64,000 bases of DNA from Isurus oxyrinchus. Its lineage: Eukaryota. Under the pieces are notes generated by a model. The model ran no database searches. It saw nothing but the letters and a program-made list of their open reading frames with translations, and was not told the origin of the DNA. Positions 13,290 to 26,640 of this stretch are shown in pieces. The stretch spans positions 86,862,001 through 86,926,000 of the forward strand of contig JANJGN010000020.1 of NCBI GenBank assembly GCA_026770705.1. Reading direction: 5' to 3'. A program made the translations under genes and the position numbers. The number at the start of each line of letters is the position of its first letter. Position 1 is the first letter of the stretch.

Positions 13290-15475
13290 TGAATAAAGAA
13301 AGTTCAGAGTGGAAGTTAGAAAGAAATAAGAAAACCAGAAAGAATATGTGAAAAGACTGGCAGCCAACTTGAAAGGGAATCCTAAACTCTTCTATATATA
13401 TATATATATAGGTGGTAAAAGGAGGGTAAATTAGGGACCAAAAAGCATATTTACACATGGAGGCAGAGAAGGTCATTGATGAAGCAGCTGAAGATAGTTG
13501 GTCTTTGGTTATTGAGGAACTCTTGCACGCATGTCCTTTGTCTGAGATGATGGACCTCCAACAACCACATTTGTCTTCCTTTGTGCTAAGTATTGCTCCA
13601 GCCAGTGGGAAGCCGTCCCCTTGATTTTGGTTGACTTCCGTTTTGCCAGAGCTCATTAATAGCACACTTGGTCAAATGTTGCCTTGACGTCAAGGGCAGT
13701 CATTCTCACTTCACCTCCGACATTCAGTTCTTTTGGCCTTATTTAGACCAAGGTCGTAAAAAATGTTCATAAAGGTCCTTTGCATTAACATACTGCAGAA
13801 AACATTGTGTTTTTTGGTTTGAAATGTCAGTGTCAGACGTTATTTTCTTTAAGCATTTAAGCACAGAGCTGTGCCAAGTTTTCAACTCTCATTCAATAAT
13901 GCTCTTAGTTACAGCGAGTTTTTTAAAATAATCGTAAACTAAATTTTGTATCCGTCTTCAGCAAGGAAGAATGTGCTACCAAAGTTATAGTAAAAGAGGA
14001 GGTAGCTGAATGGGCTAAAAATTGATAGAGGAGTTATTAAAAAGACTGCCTGTAGTTAAAGTTGATAAGTCACCAAGACCAGATGGGAAGCACCTGAGGA
14101 TGCTGAGGGAATGGATGGAAATTGCAGAGGCACTGGCCAAAATCTTAGTCTTCCTTAGATACAGGGGTGACACCAGAGGATTGGAGAATTGCAAAGTTTA
14201 CACCCTTGTTCAAGAACAAGCCCAGCAACTGCTGGCCAGTCAATTTAAACCCAATGTTTGGAAAGTTTTTAGAAATGATGATCCAAGACAAAATTAACTG
14301 TCACTTGGACAAACATGGATTAATGAAGGACAAATTGTGTTTAATTAACTGGCTTTGAGTATTTTGATGAGAAATTTCAGGGCTACAGGGAAAAGAAAAG
14401 GGAATGAGAACAGCTGAGTTGCTCTTACAGAGAGCCAGCACGCACACAAAGGGTGAATGACCTCCTTCTGTGCTGTAACTATTCAACGATTCTAAAATTG
14501 GTTAAGGGACAGAAAACAGAGACTGTTTTCAGACTGAAGGGAGGCATACAGTAGAGTTCCTCTAGTTCAGGACTGGGAACTGCTGTTTTTGATACACATT
14601 AATGATCTGGACATGCCTCTACAGGGCATAATTTCAAAATTCATAAAAGACATGAAACTTGGGAGTGTAGCAAAATGAGAAATTTAATAATGGACTTCAA
14701 GAGGACACTGGTGGAATGGGTGGACATGGCAGATTAAATTGAATACAGAAAAGTGTAAGGTGATGCATACTGGTTGGAGCAATGAGGAAACATTACATGC
14801 TAAATGGTACAATTTTAAGTGGGTACTGAACAGAGATGCCTGGGGGCCCAACAAATCTTTGAACATAGCAGGACAGGTTAACAAAACAGTTAATAAAGCA
14901 CATGGGAACTCTGGGTTTTAAAAAGAGCCATACAGTACAAAAGCCAGTAAGTTGCTAAGCCTATGTAAAATATTAGTTCGGTGACAGCTGAAATTAGTGT
15001 GTTCAATTCTGGGCATCATACTTTAGAAATGAAGTGAATGCTCTGGAGAGGGTACCGAAGAGATTTATTAGAATGATTCTAGGGTTTAAGGACTACAATT
15101 ACATGGATAGGCTGGAGAAGCTGTAATTGATCTGCTTGCAGCAGAAAAGACAGAGGAGATCTGATCAGGATGTTTAGATAAATCAAGAGAAACTGCTTCC
15201 AACAGCTGAAGGGTCAAAAGCCAGAAGAAACAGATTTTGAGAGACTGGCAAAAGAACCAGGAAAACTTTTTAACCCAACAAGTGGTTTGGATTGGGAATG
15301 CGTTTCCTGATAAAGTAATGACTACAAATTCGATAGCAGCCTTCAAAAAGGAGCTGGATAAATACTTGGGAGGAAAAATTACTGGATATGGGGGTAGAGT
15401 GGGGGACTGGGACAAACCAGATTGCTTTTTGACAGGAAAAAAGTCCTCCTTATGTGTTGTGCTATTCTATGATAT
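13290..15475 (+). mobile_element. Decayed CR1 LINE (ORF2 pieces to 3' tail), interrupted at 13470-13942
   Basis: KVDKSPRPDG..PEDWRIAKFTPLFK; 3' tail gtgctattctatga. Confidence 0.85.
13470..13942 (-). repeat. Inverted duplicate of 12325-12792 (non-LINE flank + LINE junction) inserted in a CR1
   Basis: Reverse complement matches across the flank/LINE junction, e.g. gtaactaagagcatta / taatgctcttagttac and caactatcttcagctgcttcatcaatg. Confidence 0.85.
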
Positions 15476-16679
15476 CTGCATAAGGAATAGTTTCTTCAAG
15501 TATGGACTGGGCTAGTTTGATTGATAAGGTACTAGTTAGCTTTGAAACCAGTAATGATCAGGTGTGATTTTTAATTTATTAGCTATTTGACTGGTGTTTA
15601 AAATAACGTTTGTGCTGACAGTACTGTTTGAGTAGATTATAGAAACAAGAGGCAAATGAAGTTGAGGCCAGCTGAGTCATCGAAACAGCTAAAAGAGTTT
15701 AGCAATTGGGCTGCAGTTCAAACCAAAGTGCTGCCGATTTGAAATTATTTTCAGTTATTTGGCATTTCCAAACTCTTGGAGTCTACTTAACAGTGAAAGC
15801 AGCGTTATGCATAACTTCAAGGCATTCACTTCCTTCCTAAAGTATGATGCACTGAATTGAACACACTAATATCAGCTGGGGCTGAACTAATATTTTACAT
15901 AGACTTAGCATTACTTACTGGCTTTTGCACTCTATGGCTCTTTTAAAACCCAGGGTTTCCATATGCTTTGCTAACTGTTTTTCAAAGTGTAGTGTCCAGG
16001 TTAACCACAGGAATAAGGACTGTATGCAGACAAGCTCACCTGACTTTGAGAAACAGTTCAGACATTCTATACTATATAGGAGAAAGAGTTGATAGAACAC
16101 ACGTTGCTTCAGCTAGACAGCAACACTGAGGCAAAGGAAAGGAACTGGATGGTTGTTCAGAGGGATGAGGAGGATTAGAATAGAGGCAATGCAGGAAATT
16201 CCTAGGGCTCTGATTGTTTGGTGGGTGTGCAGTGAAGGATACCTATGATGCAGGTGAAGACCAAGAGACTCAGGAAGTCACAAACAAAATTGTAACACTC
16301 TGCAACCAGTTGCTACAGACAGGGATGAGAAATAGTAGGGGAAGGAAGTCACTGGTGGGAGTGGTTAAAGTAGATTCTATTGTTAGAGGAACGGTGTGCC
16401 ATTTTTACAGGTGGGATAATGAGTCCAAGATGAAATGTTGCCTCCCCGGTGCCAGGGCAAGGAACATAATGGAGCTCATGGAGACAATCTTGAAAGGAAG
16501 GGTTAACTGCCTAAAGTTGTAGTTTACATGGAACCAATTACTTCAGGAAAAATCGAATGAGAATCTTGCAAAAAGTTTGTGTAACACAGTAAAAAGCAAA
16601 ACTTTTCGGGTAGTGATTTTAGAATTACTGCTAGTGTCTTGTAAGTACCCAGTTATAGAGAAGCAGATCAGACGCATTA

Positions 16680-16785
16680 ATAAAAAAAACAGAAAATGCT
16701 GGAAAAACTCAGCAGGTCTAACAGCATCTGTGGAGAGAAAGACAGGGTTAACGTTTTGAGTCTGTATGACTCTTCTTCAGAGCTG
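16680..16785 (-). mobile_element. Penelope-like terminal module (older subfamily) with canonical-core hammerhead remnant
   Basis: Minus strand: ct CTGAAGA A GAGTC ataca GACTC aAAA CGTT AAC. Confidence 0.75.
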
Positions 16786-18102
16786 CGAGTAGTTAAGGAA
16801 AACATCAAACTTAAGGAAAAAGCAGAGAACTACACAAAGATGTAGATCGGATGATTGGTCAGAATAAAAAGAACAGCAGAGATGACTAAAAGGTCAATTA
16901 GAAAAAGGAAAGAGTATAAGAAGAAGCTAGCTAGATGTGTAAAAATGATAGTAAGAGTAGGTAAAGTGAGTTCTGGTCCTCTAGAGAGTGACAATGGGGA
17001 ATTAATAGTAGATAATAAAGAAATGGCGGATGAAATGAACAAATATTTTGCTCCTGTCTTCATTACAGAAGATACAAAAAACATCCTGTAATAGCTGTAA
17101 ATCAAGAGGTGGAAGGGAGAGGGGAACGGTGAAATTGCAATCACCAGGGAAGCAATTCTGAGCAAACTGATGCAGCTGCGGGCTGACAAGTCTCCAGATC
17201 CCGGTGGACTTTATCCTAGGGTCTGAATGAGGTAGTAGATGCGTTGATGTTGATTTTCCAAAATTCACTAGATTCTGGAAAAGTTCTGTCAGACTGAAAA
17301 GTAGTGAATATAACCCCTCAATTCAAGAAGGGACCGGAGCAAAAAAACAGAAAACTATAGGCCAGTTAGCTTGATGTCTGTCATGGGGAAGGTGTTAGAA
17401 TCGATCATTAAGGGCACATAGAAAAACTGAAGGTAATCGGGAAGAGTTTTTTTGAAAGGGAAATCATGTTTAACCAATTTATTGGAGTTCTTTGAAGAAG
17501 TAACATGCACTGTGGTTAAAGGGAGCCTGAAGATGTATTGTGCTTGGATTTCCAAAAGGCATTTAATAAGATGCCACATCAAAGGTTATTGCAGAAAATA
17601 AAAGCTCGTGTTGTAGTGGGTAACGTATAACATTGGTTGGCTTGCAGAAAACAGAGTATGCATAAATGGGTCTTTTTCTGATCAGCAGGATGTGACAAGT
17701 GGAGACCCGCAGGAATCTGTGCTGGGGCCACAAATTTTTACAATTTACATCAATGACTTAGATAAGGGGAGCGAAGGCATGGTAGCTAAATTTGCAATGA
17801 CACAAAGATAGATAGGAAAGTATGTTGTGAAGAGAACATGAGGAAGTTGCAAACAATATAGATAGGTTCAGTGAGGGGCGAGGATCTGGCAGATGGAGTA
17901 TAATGTGGGAGAATGTGAAGTTGTTCACTTTGGCAGGAGAAACAAAATAACAGAACTACTCCAAAATTCTGAGGTGCAGAGGAATCTTAGGAGTTCCAGT
18001 GCATGAATCACAAAAAGTAGTTTGCAGATACAGCAAGTAATTAAGAAAGCAAATGGAATGCCAGCCCTTATTACAAGAAGAATTGAATTGAAAAGTAAGG
18101 AT

Positions 18103-18324
18103 AAAAGCAAAATACGGCGGATGCTGGATATCTGAAACAAAAACAGAAAATGCTGGAAAAGCTCAGCAGGTCTAGCAGCATCTGTGGATAGAGAAACAGA
18201 GTTAATGTTTCGAATCTGTATGACTCTGGAAAATGGCCATACGGACTCAAAACATTAACTCTGTTTCTCTCTCCACAGATGCTGCCAGACCTGCTGAGTT
18301 TTTCCAGTATTTTATGTTTTTGTG
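18103..18324. mobile_element. Penelope-like palindromic module (older subfamily), 14-bp TSD with 1 mismatch
   Basis: tgaaaagtaaggat 18089-18102 / tgaaaaataaggat 18325-18338; inverted arms. Confidence 0.82.
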
Positions 18325-18995
18325 TGAAAAATAAGGATGTTATACTGCAGTTATACAGGACATTGATGAGGCCACATCTCAACTACTGTGTGCAGTTTGG
18401 TCTCCTTATTTAAGGAAGGCTGTGTGTTGGAGGCGGTTCAGAGGAGGTTTACTAGATTGATACCTGGAATGAGCAGGTTATCACGAGGAAAAGTTAGACA
18501 GATTGGGTTTGTTTCCACTGGAGTTTAGAAGAGTGAAGGGTGACTTGATTGAAATATATAAGATCCTGAATGGTCTTGACAAGGTGGGCATGGAAAAGAT
18601 GTTTTCTCTTGTGGGTGAGTCCACAGCTAGGGGACACTGTTTTCAAATTAGGGGTCACCCAACAGAATGTTTTGCTTTCAAAGGGTTATGTGACTTTGGA
18701 GCTCTACCTCAGGAGGTGGTGGAGGCAGGGTAATTGAATATTTTTAAGGCGGAGGTAGATGATTCTTGTTAGGCAAGGGAATCAAATGTTAATCGGGGAA
18801 AGATGGGAATGTTCAAAACACAGAGCATATTGATCATATTGAACGGTGGAGCAGCTCAAGGGGCTGAATAGCCTACTTCTGCTCCTACTTCGTAAGTTTA
18901 TATGTCATAGCAACTATAGATTTACAACAAATCCCAATAATTGCATACTTAATATTCATGAACCTTGTAAAAACGGGGAAGGGGGTTATCTTTAC

Positions 18996-19199
18996 CCAGG
19001 AGCCAGTTTTGGGTGAAGGACCAAACCGTCGGCCATATCCGTAATCCCGATTGTCAGCAGAATAACCTCGATACTCCTCTGAATGGTTGTAATAATTATA
19101 TTCGCGGCTTGTGCTGCCTCCTCTTCCTCCATCACCACCATGGTCATAATCCTGCCTTCTCGGCATCACTTGCACTGCTCTTTGAAATTCTGGCGTGTC
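18996..19199 (-). CDS. PPHLN1: Periphilin-1 coding exon 2 (DTPEFQRAVQVMPRRQDYDHGGDGGRGGSTSREYNYYNHSEEYRGYSADNRDYGYGRRFGPSPKTGSW)
   Basis: Acceptor ccttttctcctag|GAC, donor TGG|gtaaag; 204 nt, phase 0-0, open frame. R/Y/G/D-rich like the periphilin N-terminal disordered region. Confidence 0.82.
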
Positions 19200-19389
19200 C
19201 TAGGAGAAAAGGTTCAAAATATCTGTAGCACAACACCATAATAACATATTGTCATGAGGAGAATTTTTTTTTTAAACCTATGCACACATTGCAGAAGAAT
19301 ATAAATCTAATAATATCCCATTAAAGTAAATTTTGGTAATGATTTAAATTTCTGACTGCTGCTTAAGTAAAAATGTTAACTTAGGGCCT

Positions 19390-21725
19390 TAGAAAAATTA
19401 CGGTGCAGAAAGAGGCCATTCAGCCCATCATGTCTGCACTGGAAAAAAAAGAGTAAAAAAGAAACTCCGCTCATTTTAATCCCACTCTCCAGTTCCTGGT
19501 CCAGAACCTCGCAGATTACAACATTTCAGGTGCAGATCCAGGTACTCTTTAAATAAGTTGTGCGTTTCAGCCTTAACCACCAACTTACGCAGCGAGTTCC
19601 AGATGCCCACCACCTTCTGGGTGAAAACATTTTTCTTCATGTCCCCATTAATCCATCTACCAATCACCTTAAATTTATGCCCCCTGGTAATTGACTCCTC
19701 AGCTAGGGGAAACAGGTCCTTCCTGTCTACTCCATCTAGGCCCCTCAAAATTTTATATAACTTAATTAGGTCATTCCTCCCCCGTTCTAAGGAAAACAGC
19801 CCTAGCCAATCCAATCTTTCCTCATAGCTTGAATTTTCAAGCCCTGGCAACATTCTTGTAAATCTCCTCTGCACTCTCTCCAGTGCAATTATGTCCTTCC
19901 TGTAATGTGTGACCAGAACTTTCTGCAAAATTCCAGCTGTGGCCTAACAAGCGTTTTATACAGTTCCATAATTACATCCCTGCTTTTGTATTCAATACTT
20001 CACCCAATAAAGGAAAGCATTCCATATGCTTTCTTGATCACCTTGTCCACCTGTTCTGGCACCTTCAAAGACCTGTGGACACGCACTCCAAAGACTCTCA
20101 CTTCCTCAATTCTCTGCGATAACCTCCCATTTATTGAGTATTCCCTTGCTTCATTTGTCCTCCCAAAAGCATTACCTCACACTTATCTGGATTCAATTCC
20201 ATTTGCCACTTCTCTACCTGCTCAACCAAACCACTGATATACTGGAGTCGCCAACTACCCTCTTCACTCTCAACTACACGGCCAATTTTTGTGTCATCTG
20301 CAAATTTCCCAATCATGCCTCCCACATTTAAGCCTAAATCATTAATATATACAACAAACACTAAGGGCCCAACACTGAGCCCTGTGGAAACCATTTTCCA
20401 TTCACAAAAACATCCATCAATCATTACCTTTTGTTTCTTGTCACTAAGCCAATTTTGCATTCAATCTGCCACCTTCCCCTGTATCCCATGAGATCTCACT
20501 TTCCTGACCAGTCTGCCACGTGGGACCTCGTCAAATTCCTTACTGAAATCCATGTATCCACGGCGCTACCCTCATCAATCCTCCTTGATACTTCCTCATA
20601 AAAATTCTATTACGTTAGTATGGCATGATCTTCCCCTAACAAAACCATAACTATCCCTGATCAATCTGTGCCTAAGTGACAGTTTATCCTGTGTCTCAAA
20701 ATTGTTTCCAATAATTTGCCCAGCACCAAAGTCCGACTGACAGGCTTATAATTTTCTGGCCTATTCCTCTCACCCTTTTTAAATAATGGTGCACCATTCG
20801 CACACCTCCAATCCTCTGGGACCTAGTCTATATCTAGTGAGGGCTGGAAAATGATCCTAAGAACATCCGCTATTCCTCCCTGGGTTCTTTCAACAGCCTG
20901 GGATACAATCCATCTGGCCCGGGTGATTTATCCACCTTCAAAGAGGCCAGTCCCTCCAGTACTTCTTCTCTCACTATTCTTATTGTATCTAATATTTCAC
21001 ACTCCTCCTCTTTAACTAGAATGTCTGCATCATCCCTCTCCTTAATAAAGACAAAGTACTCATTGAGAACCCTGCCCACATCTTCTGCATCTATCCACAA
21101 GTTATCACGTACATCTCTGTTAAGCCCTACCTTTTCCTTAGTCACTCTCTTGCTCTTAATGCACTGGTAATACATATTAGGATTTTCTTTGATTTTACCT
21201 GCCAATATGTTTTCATATCCTCTCTTTGCTTTCCCAATTTCACTTCACCCCTATACTTTCTATACTCCTCTAGGCTTTCTGCAGTATTAAGTCTTTTGTG
21301 ACTATCATAAACTTTCTTTTTGTGCTTTATCTTGACCTGTATGCTTCTCGATAACCGGGGGGGGGGGGGGGGGGCGCGCTCTAGATTGGGCAGTACCACC
21401 GTTTTTCTTTGTGGGGACATGTCCAAACTGTGCCCTTAGAATCTCAGCTTTGAATGCCTCCCACTGATTTGACACAGTTTTTCCTTCTAAGGCTGTTTCC
21501 AGTCTACTCTTGCCAGCTCACTCCTCAGCTTTGTAAAATTTGTCTTCCTCCAGTTTAGAACTTTTACTCATGCTCTATCTTTGTCCTTTTCCATAATGAT
21601 GCTAAATCTAACCATATTATGGTCACCAACTCCAAAATGGTTCCCCACTGCTACTTCATTCACTTTCCCAGCTTCATTTCCTAAAATTAAATCTAGAATT
21701 GTGGCCCCTCTTGTTGGGTGTAATG
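19390..21725 (-). mobile_element. Decayed CR1 LINE ORF2 + 3' end
   Basis: LKVDKSPGPDGLYPRLLKE; IGKFADDTKIG; LERVQRRFTRMLPGL. Confidence 0.92.
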
Positions 21726-22862
21726 TGCTGACTGATAAAATGTTCTCTTGAACTTATGGGACAATAAGTAATTAACCAGCTTTGCCATATCGGCAGAGAA
21801 CAAATGATTTAATTAAAATTGAGTGCCAGGGGACTATTTAACAGAGGAGGGAAATTTAATCATTTCTGCTCACTCACATTCCTAGCAGTGGTCACCGGAT
21901 TTCAATAAGAAATTAAGACTTTGCTTTATTTTCCCTGCAGTAGACATACTAAAGCCAATTTTTCTGCATTCGCTTTCAGTGAGGATACAAGATTAGTTAT
22001 CAGCACAGACTGTGGAACCATCTGTGTGGGTCAGTTCTCTACCATGCAAAACATTGATATCAGCTCTCACAACCCTGGTTTCTTCAGGCAGCAACTTTCA
22101 GAAAAGGCAGACACTGGTTCATTGTGGCTATAATCTAGTCATATAACAAAATTCTCCACTTACTATCAGTACAATTTGAAGCAAGTCCCTACTAAACTGG
22201 TATGCGGATAAAAGTCTGCAGTTTGCTGTTTGTGATCTCCAGTTTCCATAGCTTTTGATAACATTTATGCCTTGTGTTTCCAAATCATCTTGCATGCCAC
22301 TTCAATTTCTCCCATTCTGCAATCTTCATACAATATTTGCCCTACCTTCTGACATTATTTCTTGGATCAAGCCCTGCCCTCACCTCCACCACAAGAAGCC
22401 AAAAAGAACAGCTGAAGCTTTCTGGAATTGCTACTGGAGATAAGTAAATATCAGGGGTTAATTCAGCCTTTAGTTTTTCTTTCTGAAGCATGAAAAATGT
22501 CTTCTCTACACCAAGGTCATTTGTATGCAAAGCAATTTTTCAAATAATATCAAACTGTCGATGCTGGAACTTACTTTCTAGGTACTCTAGTAATTAAGAA
22601 ATGCATGCTTGTTTAAGTTTGTTACATATCAAGTTTTCTCATTTAACAACAATGTCTGTGGTATTTTAATCCTGTGATACTATATTTCTCATCCTCTAGC
22701 CCTCCTTTATCTTGCAATCCGCATGTTATGCGTGGCCATGGAATTTGCCTTTATCAATTCCACTTCGAGGCAAAGACACATATCCGTGCTCAGCATCCTC
22801 TCACAGCCGATGTCAATAACAGTAGTATCCCCAACAACTTTGTCATGGAGTGACATAACTTA

Positions 22863-24595
22863 CCATAGATTGTGGCGTATAAGACAACCCAATCTTTTCA
22901 GCCAAAAATCATGATTTTGCATTTACTCGGCATTTAAGTCAGCTCCTTTTTCAGCTCTGAAATGCTATACTCACATTAGTAGTCAGCCTCATTTTTCACT
23001 CCAAAAATGTAAGTTTTACTTATACAGTACTGTAAGTCAGCACATGGGATCAAGCAAGGGAGATTACACTTGCACAGAGCAGACCATGCATGATGTGGCA
23101 AATGACGAACAGAAATGGGTCTCCAGCAAAATGAGTGAAGTATGAAGATGCTTTTAAGCTAAAAGTTGCTACATTTGCTAACTTGTCAAGTAACTGCTGT
23201 AGTGAGGGAATACAGTGATTGTGAAAAACTTGCAGGAGGATGAAAGGAAGAGGAGTCCATCCTGAAGAAAGTGCCCAATACCAAAAGCCATTAGAACAGG
23301 CCCAGCCACTGGTCTGATCTTGAAAAGCCTTTATTGTACTGGTCCCTCAAAAATCACCAGAATGGATAGATCACCAGAAATGCAATGCCTATATGCACTT
23401 AAGGGGCCAAATCAAACCCCAAGTCCAGCAAAGATTTCAGACTAGTTAGTGTAGCCACTTCAAGGAACAAAACAATCCAGTGTTGTGAGAGAAGACAAGA
23501 TTGTTCAGAAGCTACCAAAAGCCCACAATGCCTAAATTACCAGTTTCCGGTGATTCATCAGATAGCGGCAAAAACATGAGTATTCATTAAGTTACATTGG
23601 ATAAGTGAAATACTCATGAATTTTGATACTCCCAGCAGCTGAATTGTGGAGTGGAAAGGTTCAAAAACAGTTCTAGCGAAAACGACAGGACATGAGAAGA
23701 CAAAATTCACAGTGGTACTAGCCTACATGGTCGACAGAATGGAATTAAAGTATATGGTAATTTTCAAACATAAAACCATGCTGAACATTAAGATGCCTGC
23801 AGGGGTTTTTTGCATGCCCATGACAATGGTTGGATGGAGTGTACTTATGGATCGATAATATGTGGAATAAGCATCCCAGTGGCCTACAAAAGGAGTGCAG
23901 CTTACTTGTGTGGGATGTGTTCAGGTCCCATATAACAGATGAGATCAAGAGGTGCCTGCAAAGAATAACACCTATATTGCGGCTATAGCAGGGTTTAACA
24001 TCTGTAGTTCAACTTTTGGATGCTTGTCTCAACAAGCCATTTAAGGATCATGTTCATGCTGAATGGAATAAGTGAGTTGCAGAAAAAACCTTCACAAAGA
24101 TTGGAAATATGCATAATGCCCTGCTTTATGTTTATGTGGTTTTATTTTCAAACTGGCTGGGATGCTATTAGTGCACCAAGTTCATCAGATTGTTGAAAAA
24201 AAGTGCAGAATATCCAATCCAGTGGATGGAGAGGAAGATATTTGTTGTGGCCTGGTGATTCTGAAAGTGAAAATGCCACATCTGATCCAGAGTGGGATCC
24301 TTAATTGATGCCATAGCCTAAGTGACTCAGACTGAATTCGATGAACTCTTTGCGTTGGATGCCAAAGACAATGGATTTGGTGGTTTTAAAATTATAGTTA
24401 AAAGGTACCTTTGTACATTTGATGCATTCAATAAACCGTGCCATATTAATTTATTAAAACTGCCTGTGTTTTTTTTCTTCACATTTCAAAATGTCAACCA
24501 CCCACATCGCCGGTTCACATTTTATACTCGGTGTATACGTTTTTGGAAGGATTTTGGGAGGCTTCAAAGGTTGATTTATACGCCACAATCTATGG
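22863..24595 (+). mobile_element. pogo/Tigger-type (Tc1/mariner superfamily) DNA transposon with pseudogenised POGK-like transposase
   Basis: Perfect 20-bp TIRs ccatagattgtggcgtataa (22863-22882) / ttatacgccacaatctatgg (24576-24595); TA at the left flank. Remnants: AFKLKVATFA (Brinker-like DBD), KTTGHEKTKFTVVLA, LLVWDVFRSHITD, QLLDACLNKPFKD (DDE_1). Confidence 0.9.
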
Positions 24596-24889
24596 ATAGT
24601 GTCTTGATCTTAAGCATATTATGATCAAGAGACTTAGAGAATGCCTGCCACTTACTCATCAAGACAGGGCTTGGGAAGAACAACAAAATGGAAACACTTG
24701 GATAATTGATGGCGTCAACATCCACTATGCTGCCTGTACATTTTAATAATGATTATATAAGCCACACAAGTACTATAAAGCTTAATATAAGTTCCCTTAA
24801 TACCACTTTTTAGAAAAATCATTCTCAGGATAGGAATCACTCGTAATTATTGCCCACCTCCAATTGCTCCGAGAAGTTGGTGATCACAG

Positions 24890-25600
24890 AATGCAACACA
24901 GGAGGTGACTGGCCTGTTATAATCACAATGCCTCCCTGTAAGAATTTAGCTGGACTCAGTCCCCCACCCTTTTCCTGTAGCCATGATTTTTTTCTCTATT
25001 CACGTGCTTATCCACTTCTTTAATGAAATCCATGAATCTGCCTCCACCCGGGTTTCAGCAGGGCATTCTAGTTCCTAACCACTCACCGCGTAAAGTTTCT
25101 CTATGTCACTATTGTTTCTTTTGCAATCACATTAAATCAGTGTCTTCTGGTTCTTGATCCTTTCTCCAATGGGAACAGTTTCTATTTACTCTTGTCGAGA
25201 TCCCTCATGATTTTGAGCACCTCAACCAAATCTCCTCTCAAACTTAGAATGGTTACAGCATAGGAGGAGGCTATTCAGCCTATTATGTCCATGCCAGCTC
25301 TCTGTGCAAGTGACTGTTAATTTGACCTGGATCATTGTTTCTAAAAGCTTTCCCACCACCGAAGTTAAACATACTGGTCTGTAGTTGCTGAGTTTATCTG
25401 TACACCCATTTTTTGAACAAGGGTGCAACAATTGGAATTCTCCAGTCCTCTGGCACCACCTGGCTATCTAATGAGGATTGGAAAATTATGGCTAGTGCTG
25501 ACACTGCAATATTCTCCTTAATCAATACTGCCATCCCTCCTCTTTTCCTTCCTTCCACATCTTTCCTGAACACCTTGTGTCCAGAAATATTTAGTACAGA
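24890..25600 (-). mobile_element. Decayed CR1 fragments
   Basis: CR1 3' tail and SNYRPVCLTSVVGKLLE. Confidence 0.7.
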
Positions 25601-26109
25601 GTCCTGCCCTTTTCAGATCTATGCATATACACTGTAAATTAAATTTAGATCCTATGGTATTCCCTCTTTATCTGATCCCACCGAGACATTACTATTTCTT
25701 ACTCTAGTCTATCTGTGGTGGTCCACCTTGTCGATATATCAGCAATTACATTGTCATGGTCCAACTCTGGTTTCTCTTCAGATTGTATAGATCTTTCTCC
25801 CTTTACTAAAGATTTTTGTGGAGAGGAGCACTCAGAGTTTAAATTAAAAAACAAACTTTTTGTTGACTGGCAATTACATTGTTAAGACAACTGCTTGTTG
25901 AAACAGGTGATGGGCATTGGTTCACCTATCAAAATTGAATAAATATGTACAGCTAAATCACTCCAGCGTGGGAGGGACTGAGAAAGTTTGCTGCACCGAA
26001 GAGCTGTCTTGAGGATAAACCAGCTTGAGGTAAAAGACTAGCTTTGGACTCAATCTTCCATTACAAGCACTTATTGTGACTAACACACCTTCAACTGCAG
26101 CATTCCTTT

Positions 26110-26295
26110 ATAGCAGTTTGATACAAATGAGTGGCTTGCTAAGCCACCTCAGAGAGTGGTTAGGAGTCAACTGCTTTAGTGTGGAACTGAAGTAACCTAG
26201 TCCAAACTGGTTAAGGAGGACAGGTTCTCTTCCCTGAAGGACACCAGTGAGCCAATTGGGCTATTAACATAATCCAACAGTTTCATGGTCAATTT
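26110..26295 (-). mobile_element. Family B LINE/SINE 5'-region fragment
   Basis: Homologous to 6420-6590 (gagtggcttgct, ttccctgaaggaca, tttcatggtca). Confidence 0.6.
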
Positions 26296-26562
26296 GAAGA
26301 CGCACAAAATTGCTTACACAGCAAGGTGATCCCACGTTCAATCAAATTAGCTGATATCATCCAAGTGGCACTAACACAAACAACTGTAATATGGAGAAGG
26401 GGATGAGAGAAAAATAAATGTGCATGAACTGAATCAATTGTAGGTGTGATGGAATAAGGTGTCAGCATTGATTATCTAGGACTAGGCATGTTAGAACTTG
26501 ACTAAGGGAGATCAGGAGAAAAATGAGAATCCAATTACAGTTAAAGTTTCAATTAAACATAC

Positions 26563-26640
26563 TGCATGTTGTGTTCTTTCAGGATGTAAGCGGCCCCGTT
26601 GATTTCTTTCGCCACATTGCGATCGTGACTCAGACCACAT
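26563..26640 (-). CDS. PPHLN1: Periphilin-1, first coding exon (MWSESRSQCGERNQRGRLHPERTQHA); exon including 5'UTR part extends to ~26663
   Basis: Minus strand reads ttcacag|CCGAG...ATGTGGTCTGAG...CATGCA|gtatgt. The MWSE start matches vertebrate periphilin as I recall it. In-frame TAA just upstream of the ATG; 78 nt, phase 0; head-to-head with ZCRB1 as in mammals. Confidence 0.88.

Larger units (their letters stand above)
16120..18890 (+). mobile_element. Decayed CR1 LINE with ORF1 esterase (SGNH/GDSL-like) remnant and ORF2
   Basis: VKVDSIVRGT..CCLPGARARNI (ORF1); GPLESDNGELIVDNKEMADEMNKYF and RT motifs; two Penelope modules nested inside. Confidence 0.88.

Noticed and set aside
21357-21374. 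Poly-G run (and poly-C runs at ~29941 and ~31033) as functional G-quadruplexes
   Set aside because: Homopolymer expansions, mostly inside TE copies; length unreliable and no supporting context.
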